DNA of 63,839 nucleotides, counting the filler, from Octopus bimaculoides (lineage: Eukaryota), in the NCBI RefSeq assembly GCF_001194135.2. It is 6 parts of 5 records of this genome, joined end to end, with 100 filler letters (N's around TTAATTAATTAA, not from the genome) between each part and the next. Parts side by side here need not be neighbours in the genome. Positions count along the whole stretch, not along the records: positions 30,787 to 40,781 come from NC_068991.1; positions 40,882 to 55,141 come from NC_068999.1; 4 more parts are not named here. One strand, 5' to 3'. The position numbers were made by a program, and so were the translations under genes. Shown one piece after another: positions 38,336 through 50,143 of this stretch. Numbering within the stretch: position 1 is the stretch's first letter; each line of letters starts with the position of its first letter. The notes beneath the pieces were generated by a model. The model was not told the origin of the DNA. It ran no database searches and saw nothing but the letters and a program-made list of their open reading frames with translations.

Positions 38336-40190
38336 GGTAAGACAGCTGCAAGAGAAATACCTAGCCAAAGATAAACCTATGTACCTGGCTTTTGTTGTCA
38401 TGGAAAAAGCTTTTGACAGGGTCTCCCAATCCCTCATCTGGTGGTCAATGAGGAAACTAGGGATAGATGAATGGTTAGTGGGAGCTGTGCAAACCATGTA
38501 CAGGCATGCTGTCAGTAAGGTGAGGGTTGGCAACAAGTATAGTGAAGAATTCCGAGTAGGGATAGGGGCCCACCAAGGATCAGTCCTCAGTCCCCTCTTA
38601 TTCATTATAGTCTTCCTGGCAATAACAGAGAAATTCAAGACAGAATGCCCCTGGGAGCTCCACTATGCTGATGACCTTGCTCTAATTGCTGAGTCACTAT
38701 CAGAACTAGAGGAAAAATTTCAGGTGTGGAAGCAAGAATTAGATTGAAGGGCCTTAGAATAAACCTAGCAAAAACCAAAGTCTTAATAAGTAGGAAGGCA
38801 GTCGAACCACAAATCCCTTCAGGTAGATGGCCCTGCACAATCTATAGAAAAGATAGAGGTAGAAACTCCATAAGATGTACCCAGTGCAAGCTACGGACAC
38901 ATAAGAGATGCAGCAATATCAAAGGGAGGCTAACTGGGAAGATAGTTTTTGTATGTGGCAGATGCTCAGATGCTATAAACACTGAAAATGTGCAGAGAAC
39001 AGCTTCTGTCACATTCGGGGGAGAAAAACTACAAGTAGTTAATAGCTTCCATTACCTAGGGAACCAAATCAGTAGCAGGGGTGGGTGCTCTAAAAGTGTA
39101 GCTACTAGAATAAGAATAGCCTGGGCAAAGTTCAGAGAGCTCCTACCTTTGCTGGTGACAAAGGGCCTCTCGCTCAGAGTAAAAGGTAGACTGTATGACG
39201 CATGTGTATGAACAGCCATGCTACATGGCAGTGAAACATGGGCTGTGACTGCTGAGGACATGCATAAGCTTGCAAGGAATGAAGCCAGTATGCTCCGATG
39301 GATGTGTAATGTCAGTGTGCATACTCGACAGAGTGTTAGTACCTTGAGAGAAAAGTTGAACTTACGAAGCATCAGTTGTGGTGTGCAAGAGAGACGATTG
39401 CACTGGTATGGTCATGTTTTGCGAACGGATGAGGACAGCTGTGTGAAAAAGTGTCACACCCTAGCAGTTGAGGGAACCTGTGGAAGAGGTAGACCCAGGA
39501 AAACCTGGGATGAGGTGGTGAAGCACAACCTTCGAATATTGGGCCTTACCAAGGCAATGACTAGTGACCGAAACCTTTGGAGATATGCTGTGCTTGAGAA
39601 GACCCGACAAGCCAAGTGAGACCATCATAGCCCATGGCCTATGCCAGTGGGTGTAACCAGCCCACTTATGAATACACCTCATTCATTGGACAATAAACTT
39701 TGCTTGTGAAGACCTATTGAGGCAAGTGAAATAAAAATCGCTGACGTGGCTGATGACAGTACTGCCTGATTGGCACTCGTGCCAGTGGAACGTTAAAAGC
39801 ACATCCAAGCGTGATCATTGCCAGGGCCACAGATTGGCTCCCGTGCCAGTGACATGTGAAAAGCAACATTCAAGCGTGATCATTGCCAGTGTCACCTGAC
39901 TGGCACATGTTCTGGTGGTATGTGAAAAACAACATTCAAGCGTGCAGGTAGCACGTAAAAACACCTTTTGAGCATGGTCATTACCAGAACTGCCTAACTG
40001 GCCCTCATGCTGGTGGCATTTAAAAGCACCCACTACACTCTCTGAGTGGTTGGCGTTAGGAAGGGCATCCAGCTGTAGAAACTTTGCCATATCAGATTGA
40101 GCCTGGTGCAGACTCTGGCTCACCAGTCCTCAGTCAAACCGTCCAACCCATGCCAGCATGGAAAGTTGATGTTAAACGAAGATGATGATA
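38334..40190 (+). mobile_element. RTE-clade LINE, 3' ~1.9 kb (RT with PHD-like insertion, C-terminus, 3' UTR, GAT tail); inactivated
   Basis: RT motifs EKAFDRV, HQGSVLSPLLF, YADD, FHYLG, LHGSETW, GRGRPRKTW; broken by stops and a frameshift; (GAT)n tail at ~40180. Confidence 0.95.
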
Positions 40191-40314
40191 TATATAAATA
40201 TATATACATACACACACAATATATACACATACATAAAATTGCACATACATGTACATGCACACACATATACATATATATAAACACATACAAAGACACATAT
40301 ATACATATTTGCAC

Positions 40315-40781
40315 TAAATGAGGCTGCAAAGAAAGAGGTCTGGAGATGCCACTACGATAGATTGCTTAATAAAGAGAATGAATGGGAGAAAGAGAGCCTG
40401 CCGTATGTCGACCCAACAGAGGGACCAGCTATCAGAGTTAATAGTACCAGGGTATATAAAGCAATAAAGAGTATGAAGACAGGGAAAGCCCCCGGTCCAT
40501 CAGGAATCACTGCAGAGATGCTCAAAATATCTGGCAGTGTTGGCTACAGCCTAGTCACCCGTATTACGAACCAGGTGTTACACGAAGGAGTCATACCCAA
40601 TGACTGGTGTAGCAGCACCATAGTCAACTGCTACAAAGGTAAAGGTGACGCTTTAGATACAAATAATTACAGAGGCATCAAGCTGTTAGATCAGGTTATG
40701 AAAGTTACGGAGAGGGTCATAGCCCAACTAATTAGGGAGCGAATCAATTTAGATGAGATGCAGTTTGGGTTCGTGCCAGGT
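40315..40781 (+). mobile_element. RTE-clade LINE fragment (EN-RT linker and RT domains 0-2)
   Basis: MKTGKAPGPSGITAEMLK..W..STIVNCYKGKGD..NYRGIKLL..QFGFVPG; open frame running into a gap. Confidence 0.95.
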
Positions 40782-41397
40782 NNNNNNNNNNNNNNNNNNN
40801 NNNNNNNNNNNNNNNNNNNNNNNNNTTAATTAATTAANNNNNNNNNNNNNNNNNNNNNNNNNNNNNNNNNNNNNNNNNNNNATATATATATATATACCTA
40901 CGCACGCACACGCACGTATGTATAGATTTTTTTCCTCGGCACCCTGCATTTACACGCCATACAATAATATGCTATCACCCATAGCAAGTGAAACTATGGC
41001 CAATTTTCTAACCAATCTTCTTGCCATTGGCACTTGTCTCTTTGAAGCTGTCTAATCACAAAAGAAAATGATTATTCCATTGTGTAGTTTAAAATATCTA
41101 TTCCATTGTTGCACCCTTCTACATTAAAAGAACACTTTGGAAATAAATTGGTACTGAAATATCAATAGAATTTTAGTGCTCGAATCTGAATTATTTTTCA
41201 AGTTCTAGAAATTGTTCAGAACCAAATATTATAAAATACACAGATAATCACAATAGATACGATATATTTATAGATATGCATATATAGATACCTTTATATA
41301 TATACGTAACCATCGAAACTCACAGACATACACACATACACACACGCACACACACACACACACACGTACCCGCAGACATGTATATATATATTCATAC

Positions 41398-41433
<36 letters not shown>

Positions 41434-42229
41434 GTGCGACCTTTTCTACACACATATTTGAAAGCTTAAACGTACGAATGCCTCTCGCTCTGTGTAAGCG
41501 CGTGCTGATATGCTTGTGTGTTTGTTTTAAAATGTCTATGCGTATGAATTGTGTATTTGATTGTGCAATCATATGCATCATATATGGTTAACGATTTTTA
41601 TACTTATTTTTAATTTAATTTTTCTAATTTTCTTTTACTTCATTTTCCTATCCTCCGTTGCTTAATCATGTTAGGATGCAAAAATATATTAAATTAAAAG
41701 AAAAAAAATTAAAATCTCACATACGGAGAAACTAAGAACACAACAAGAAAAATAACAACTACATGAACGAGAACAACAACAGCAGCAACAACAACAGCAG
41801 TATAAACAGGAGCCAGAGCATCAGCAATAGCAATGCAGTGCTAGAGCATATCCTCCCCGACCAAATCCCAAACTGAAATAACCTGCAACTAAATAAGTAA
41901 TAGCGCAACAGTTAATATTTCTGATTAATAGAATCGATTTAATTTTAAATGATTGGTTCTTCTGTTCCTCCTGCATCGCTTACCATCCACCACTATCTCT
42001 CAAAACACACACACACACACATACACACATACACACATACACATACACACACACACATACATGCATACGCACCAATGTAATACAGACGTATTATGCAAGG
42101 ATAGATTCCAAAGAAATCAATGCCAATTCACAGAGGAATTTTCAATCGTGACACACATCAACTCGTCTGGAAAATATAATACGATGAGCTTGAGCTGACA
42201 GAGTACATCGTCACGGTCTTATGCAGAAA

Positions 42230-42289
<60 letters not shown>

Positions 42290-42361
42290 GTTGTTGTTAT
42301 TATAATTATTATTATTATTATTATTATTGTTATTATTATTGTTATTGTTATTATTATTATT

Positions 42362-43247
42362 TTATGTTTGACTTTTGTTTTGCATTTGTACAAGTTGGAT
42401 CCAAGTCTCACCCAGAGACCTCAAGAGACAACAAGTTAGAAGTTCATGTAGGTGTTATGCCTAGGGTACCATATATTTGGATTTGTACAGTTTTGTTCAA
42501 GTGAATGTTTAAGAAACCATAAGAAAATTATGTTTGCTTTAAAATTTGAGATCACATAGACAGTATTTTACGTAGGATATGGGCGGTTCCNNNNNNNNNN
42601 NNNNNNNNNNNNNNNNNNNNNNNNNNNNNNNNNNNNNNNNNNNNNNNNNNNNNNNNNNNNNNNNNNNNNNNNNNNNNNNNNNNNNNNNNNNNNNNNNNNN
42701 NNNNNNNNNNNNNNNNNNNNNNNNNNNNNNNNNNNNNNNNNNNNNNNNNNNNNNNNNNNNNNNNNNNNNNNNNNNNNNNNNNNNNNNNNNNNNNNNNNNN
42801 NNNNNNNNNNNNNNNNNNNNNNNNNNNNNNNNNNNNNNNNNNNNNNNNNNNNNNNNNNNNNNNNNNNNNNNNNNNNNNNNNNNNNNNNNNNNNNNNNNNN
42901 NNNNNNNNNNNNNNNNNNNNNNNNNNNNNNNNNNNNNNNNNNNNNNNNNNNNNNNNNNNNNNNNNNNNNNNNNNNNNNNNNNNNNNNNNNNNNNNNNNNN
43001 NNNNNNNNNNNNNNNNNNNNNNNNNNNNNNNNNNNNNNNNNNNNNNNNNNNNNNNNNNNNNNNNNNNNNNNNNNNNNNNNNNNNNNNNNNNNNNNNNNNN
43101 NNNNNNNNNNNNNNNNNNNNNNNNNNNNNNNNNNNNNNNNNNNNNNNNNNNNNNNNNNNNNNGGCCTGGTAGTTCTTTGTAGGTAGGCATTGATCTTGGG
43201 CTGCTATGATAAACCCCTCTGTTTCTGATTTCAATCCAGAGGCCATT
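42362..43247 (-). mobile_element. 5'-truncated R4/Dong-like RLE LINE (family A) inside an (ATT)n tract
   Basis: MASGLKSETEGFIIAAQDQCLPTKNYQA [gap] GTAHILRKILSM* plus ~200-bp 3' UTR; (ATT)n on both sides. Confidence 0.9.
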
Positions 43248-43263
43248 ATTATTATTATTATTA

Positions 43264-43301
<38 letters not shown>

Positions 43302-43326
43302 GTTATTATTATTATTATTATTATTA

Positions 43327-43364
<38 letters not shown>

Positions 43365-43390
43365 AATCAGTATTATTATTATTATTATTA

Positions 43391-43655
43391 TTTTTACCAC
43401 GTGCCTTCACTGCTGAGCGCAACGCTGTGGGCCTTGGGTATTTAGTGTGGTTTTGTTATGGTTTGGTTATTTTCACCGCATTGAAAGTGCTTCAGACAAA
43501 ACTATGTACGGTGCTTAGCGGTGCTATTTTCTGCAGTTTGCATATTTTTCCTAAGTTCTGGCGTTTTAGTCATGTATTTGTCTTTCTGCTTATTTTAGTC
43601 ATGCCTATTGCACCGACCATTGTAAGGATTGTATCTGCTTTTAGACTCCACATTC
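43391..43655 (-). mobile_element. 3' end of a second R4/Dong-like family (family B)
   Basis: Minus translation MWSLKADTILTMVGAIGM..LQKIAPLSTVH resembles an RLE C-terminus; the 3' UTR (..acccaaggcccacagcgttgcgctcagcagtgaag..) matches 60560-60655; ends in (AAT)n. Confidence 0.75.
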
Positions 43656-43671
43656 GAGTTATCTATTTCCA

Positions 43672-43890
43672 TATCGGCTTCAAATTTTTGGCACAACGGT
43701 AGCAGTTTCGATAGAATTGGTAAGTGAATTACATCAACCCCAGGATTCAACCGCTGACTATTTTATAGACCCTGAAAAAAATGAAGAGCTAGGTCGACCT
43801 CGGCAGTATTTGAACTCAGAACGTAAAGGCGGACGAAATGCCAGTCAGCATATTGTCCAGCATGCTAACGATTCTGCCAGCTCGCCGCCT
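43672..43890 (-). mobile_element. Second-family SINE
   Basis: ggtcgacctcggcagtatttgaactcagaacgtaaag..ctaacgattctgccagctcgcc. Confidence 0.8.
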
Positions 43891-45211
43891 TGATCGCACA
43901 TAAAATACTGAGTTCAGTCCATCTTCATTGTTGGCGTGTGTATGAAATAATGAAGATTATTATGATGATGGCAATGATGATGATGAATGTGATGGTAATG
44001 ATAACGATAATGTGATATCTTTAAAGGGGTTCATGATCAACTCGACAACGGTGATGATTTATTAAGTTGTGTCTGTTCTTATTCCTTAGAAGAAGATAAA
44101 ATTGAAATTCATCATGAAGATGAATATGCTGGGGTTCTTCAGCGACCTCCTACCTCTCTACTCGTTCTTCTCATAATCTTCATACCACCATCGCCGTCTT
44201 CGATATCATCATCGACACCGCCCTCCCCCTCCTCATCATCAACAGAAATCTTTACAGCATGCGTTTTACGTGTAACGTCGAGTCCGTGGGCATGTCCCTT
44301 CCTTTCCAACTGAATTTAAAAAAAAAAAGAGAGAATGCTGGATTGCTTTCCTTGCCATGGATCAATCATACTTGCGAGTGAAGAAAGGCAATTCTCCAAA
44401 ACGTTTGATTTTTCACTGATCGTAAGTAAAACCACAGGAATTTTGAGTTGATGTTTTTATAGATTAACTTTTAACGACGCAGATCATCTCGAGACTCGTG
44501 GCATTTGGAGGCTTTCTTTATATATTGTCGAAATTGAGCCTGAAATAAGAGAATGTTGAAGCTCACCTGCTGATGTTAATTTATTCCACAGGAGTTCACA
44601 AACGCAACGCACCGACGTGGAGTATATCACAACCAATTATTATTATGTTTTTTTTTGTTTTCTTACAATAAATAAGAGGCAAAAAATACTTTAATAACAA
44701 ATAAAACAAAAATCAATATTGAGCGAGTTGGTAACGTCAGAACAGCGTGATGCACGATCTATTTCCAGCATGATAGTGAGTACTGTTAACATCGTAGCAA
44801 TTTAGTTAAAATATTTGGCATCAGTTTTATTACATGAAGACGAGAAGTGAAACAATGAGGACGAGAGAATAAAAAGCAGAAAATAAAAGGAGAAAAAATG
44901 GAAATATAATTCCTAAACATGAAATAATTATTTAAATAAATCACTCTCTGAGCGAACGGTATTGTTTCCATCTTAATAATGTTCATTCTAATGCGCGTCT
45001 CAGCATGATATATGACAGAATGGAGATATGATAGCTAAAAAAAAAATGATTACTATCAATTTTATGTGTGTTCATATATGTATGTGCGTATGCATGCATG
45101 CATGTATGTATGTTTATATATATCTATCTATATATATATATATATAATTCATTATTCATGCGTGTATTTATATATATATGTATATATATATATATATATA
45201 CNNNNNNNNNN

Positions 45212-45251
<40 letters not shown>

Positions 45252-45639
45252 TTATACACACAAGTGTGCTTAAACACACACACACACACACTCATGTATG
45301 GATATGTGTACGCATGTATGTTTGTGTGTGCAAAAGGAAAACTGAATCTCCAATCTCCAGTAAATGTCAGTATTGCTATTATTATAACAGGAGAAAATAA
45401 AAAAAAGAGCGCAAAATAAAAGATTGAAATATAACAAGACAATATACAGTCTTGCTATAGCTTGCATAATGTTAATTTGTTGTACAGGAAACAGATGTAG
45501 CTCCTCCCCTTATGATAAACACAATATAACATGCTGCTTGCTCCGACACTAATAACACGGTGATGAGGAAAACAAACGAGAAAAACAGAAAAGAAAAAAA
45601 AAAGGAAATATTGTTATATTAACAACATCACTATCTCTG

Positions 45640-46460
45640 TTACTACCACGAAGAGCAACCTACCAAAGTCCTCCACCAATTCCACTCTCATTGTAGCCAT
45701 CACAGTCCAATTTGCTGTTATTACAAACATGAAAACAATGACCAGTCTCTCGTCCACCATAATGTCCGTCGGCAAAACCCTACAATTGCCACCACACCCC
45801 CATCGCCACCAGTATCACAATCACTGTCATCATCATCATCATCGTCTTCATCTGTATCACAGCCACGAGTGCCTCCATCACAACAGTCCCTACTACCAAC
45901 CATAGTCTACTAACAATTCTATTACCATGAACACCAGCAGATCAGCCACTTACATCACCTCCACTACCACCAACGTCAACAACTATACCACCATCCGTGT
46001 CCCAAAATCCACCGTCAATATTATTATTATCACTAAGCAACCAGCTCCCAATACGACCACCCACACCGACTACCATTGCTCCACTATCAACCATTGCCCT
46101 CATATACCACACCCAACACCACCCATCACCGCCACAGTTATCATTGATGTCCAAGGCTAAAACTCTTCTTACTGCACATGTTTACCATTCAAATCACGAT
46201 TAGCAGCATTACTATCATCATTTTTATCGCCTCCATCACTAAAACTATCGCCATCAAAACCCATTTCCTCCACAACACGCCTTCACCGCAACGACAACCA
46301 CTGTCGCCTTCAACCCCACTGCCAAACAACACCACTACCGTAAGTTACTAACCCTGCTACCATCATCATTAGCCACCATTACAATCGTCTTACCAGTCCC
46401 TTCAGGGTAACCATGTCATTGCCAAAACCACCAGCATTAACATCGCATCAGCATCACCAG
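45640..46460. repeat. Degenerate (ACC/ATC)n low-complexity region
   Basis: C/A-rich decayed trinucleotide tract; its ORFs are compositional. Confidence 0.8.
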
Positions 46461-47434
46461 CTCATATGAAAATAGTCGTCTCTAGGCTGTAGAAGAATCG
46501 CTCAAGATGCCATGCAGTGGAACTGAAACCGAAATCACGTGCTTGCAAAGTACAGTTCTTAATACCACACCCACGCCATCACTTTATACGTTTCAATTTG
46601 GTGCAATGGTTACAATGTCGGAGGGAAGGTTTTGTGATAAGCGTTCCGCTTGTCCACGGTTTTTATTTACAACCCTCAGCGGTCAAATTTATCTTGTAAC
46701 TTTTCAGCGTCAATAAGATAAATCTTCAACCAGGCTGGATTGGCAAAACTGGTAGAACGTCCGATTTGGCTGAGAAAACTTAGGAGATCTGTTCATGCTC
46801 ATTTCGTTCAAGTTCAAATTCTTCCTACTTTACCAAAAATCTAGGACTACTTTCTCAACAAAGAGAACCCCGCGACAGAAACCAGAGTTGGTCAGTGTGG
46901 ATAAGTAGAACAAAAACGCATATTTGCATGACGATAACTGCTCATAAGAGAGAGTAATATAGCTGTTATGTCTAGCATGGTAGGTGGTTACGTAATAGCT
47001 TCCGTCAGGATTCGTATTTAAGCATTGTGGAATGTATGAAGGCGGTGATTATTAAATGGCGCTTTAAATAACTCAAATGTGTTATTATTTGGATTATTTT
47101 TCTGGTACGTTTGTTTATTTATCTAGTTTCTGCTATTGTATTACAATTATATCAAATTGACTCGCTTTAAAACCCCTATTTACAATGCCAAAATAATTTG
47201 GAGAAACGTATAAACATCCATTAAGCATCCATATACACTGACACAAAGATACATGAATACACACACACACAAATATACATAATACATAATACATACATAC
47301 GATGCAGAGAGAGATTTATACAAAGTATTCTTTGATAAGAGCAAAAGTAATATTCCATATCACACACGCATACATATATATATATATATGTATGGATGTG
47401 TATGTATATATATATGAATATATATATATGTGTC

Positions 47435-47476
<42 letters not shown>

Positions 47477-47539
47477 GTGTATATATATGAATATATATAT
47501 GTGTCGGGTGTATATATATATATATATATATATATGTAC

Positions 47540-47574
<35 letters not shown>

Positions 47575-48342
47575 CGCGCATTATATACTGACAGACAGCC
47601 AAGTGTTACACACATACACGCGCAGACTAACACACAGACACATCCGCACAGACACTTACACATACACACGCAAGCATATGTCTCTGTATGCCTTTTTGTG
47701 AATTTACGTAATAAATTTCTTTTCATCCTGATATCTTCTGCATTCTACGATTGAAACTCTGACGTTTGTAAACACCTCCGCCATTCAAATGAAAAAAAAA
47801 ATGAAATATGTTTACATGTGATGAAAATCATAGAAACGTCAAACAAAAGAATAATATGAAACAATAAAATGAAGACTAAAACAAAAGAAAACTTAAAACA
47901 CACACAGAGCTATATACAACCACACACACACACTCAGACACATACACACGGACACACATACACGCATGCATGTATCTACATGCTCGCATTGACATCACAG
48001 CAATAATTTGATATAAATAAATTTATAAATGGTAATTATTCGAATGGGGATTATTAAATTCTTTTGAAGATTTTAGCATCAAAAAGCGACCATTTTTGGC
48101 AAAAGGTAAATCTGACACAATGTATATTTATGTACACACACTTGCAAAGGCACGTCACGCGCATGCACATCTTTTATTATATAATATTCTATTCGTATAT
48201 TATATTATATTAGAATATATTATATTATAAATGCATTTATCATTTATATATGTTATTTTTATTATTAATTCAATTGGCCTTCTACCCACGTTCAAAATTA
48301 ATATTAATGTTGTTGTTATTTTTGCTGTGGTTGCTGATGCTA

Positions 48343-48410
<68 letters not shown>

Positions 48411-48721
48411 TTTTATAGTTTTACTTGTATGAGTAGCATTTATAATATGAATTTTAATGCATATTTAAACTCTTCCTCACACCTCTGGTAACACCTGTTG
48501 ATTAATTAAATAGACTTCTGGCAAAAATAACAAATTTAGATAAATCATTCATCACCCGAAAGAAATATACAGCTGAAATATTACTTATGTCAAATATCAT
48601 AGGTCATAGGTTAATATATTTGGGTAATATCTTGCTGATTTCGGCAACATTATACTTCGCTGCACTACAAAGACAAAAGAGAGATAAACATAAATTCAAT
48701 TAAACTATAAACATATAGACA

Positions 48722-49112
48722 GACGCTGGCGTTGCTGTGTGGAGAGAAGATTGCTTGCCAGTCGCATGGTTCTGGGTTCGGGCCCACTGCGGCACATTGT
48801 GCAAGTGTCTGCTACTATTGCCTATGATATACCAAAGCCTTTTGAGTGGATTTGGTAGATGGAAATTGAATGAAGCCCGTAGTGAACATATACGTGCGCG
48901 CGTGTGTGTGTGTCTTTGTATCCGTATCGTTGACCACCGTTTGGTAATCAGCGTTGGTGTGTTTATGTCGCCGTATCTTAACTATTTGGCAATGGAGGCC
49001 AGTGTAATAAGTACTAGGCTTAAGACAAATAAATATTGGTTTCGATTCATTCGACAAAAAATTCTTCAAAGCGGTGCACCAGCATGGCCGCAGTCTAGAG
49101 ACTAAAACAAGA
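48722..49112 (+). mobile_element. Diverged full-length CORE-type SINE
   Basis: Head, short internal (GT)n and the same tail as 9007-9420. Confidence 0.85.
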
Positions 49113-49269
49113 AAAATATAATTGATATCAGTTACATGTCTGAGTATCGCTGAAATTAATTACGATAACCGAAGAAATTTGATGATATTCTGAATAAATC
49201 TTCTCAGAAATGTTCATGATTGAAACCATGATCGATAAAGAAGTGATTTTCTCCCTTCGAGTTACTAGT

Positions 49270-49630
49270 AGCCAGAGCCATGCAACTTATTCGACTTCGA
49301 TCATGCTGGGGCACTTCCTTGAAGAATTTTTGTCGAACGAATGAACCCTAGCATCAATATTTTATCAACTCCTTTTGATGAACCGCTAGTTTACAGGGAC
49401 GTAAACAAATAAGTTGTCAAGCGGTGATTAGGGACAAAACCAGACGAGCGCGCGTTAACATATTTATAGACGCCCATACGTCTAACACGACCTTCACTGA
49501 TCATGAAGGAGTTAGATGCCTGTGGGTGTTTCCGCCCATCATATCTACTCACAAGCTTTTGGATGGATCAGGGTAAATGGCACTTTCCCAAGTTGGGACC
49601 GAAGCCAGGAACTTGTTCTTGGAAAGCAAA
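49270..49630 (-). mobile_element. Old full-length CORE-type SINE with internal hairpin
   Basis: Tail catgctggggcac, body gggacgtaaac, head ..ttcccaag..gaagccagga..cttaaccacacg on the reverse strand. Confidence 0.6.
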
Positions 49631-50105
49631 TTTCTTAACCACACGTCCAATAAAGTAAACCTATTTTATAGTATACACTTCACTATAAATTTTATAGCAT
49701 ATACAGGATGCGACAGAAAGGCCTCCCATATATTACACGGCTATTAATGCATCGCTCTTGATGTTAGGCAAGTGATAATGGTATCATCAGGCTTTATCGT
49801 TTTTCCAATTCTAACCAACATTTTCAAGAGCGCAAACCTTGTTTTTGCTGTTAAAACGCGTGTCTACCTCTTAAATGGGGTAGGTTACTTTGCTATAATC
49901 GGTACGGTGTATTTTATTGTAAATTTTATACAATATAGTTTATATAGAATCTATGTATTTGTTGCTTAACCTAGTTGAATATTTTATTGAACGATTAATG
50001 GTATAATAGAGATTTTGATCAGTATATTTATCGATCAGTTTGCTATAACTTCTATGCAAACATGCCCACATACATTCACAAGCATATAAACGGTACATAT
50101 TGGCA

Positions 50106-50143
<38 letters not shown>

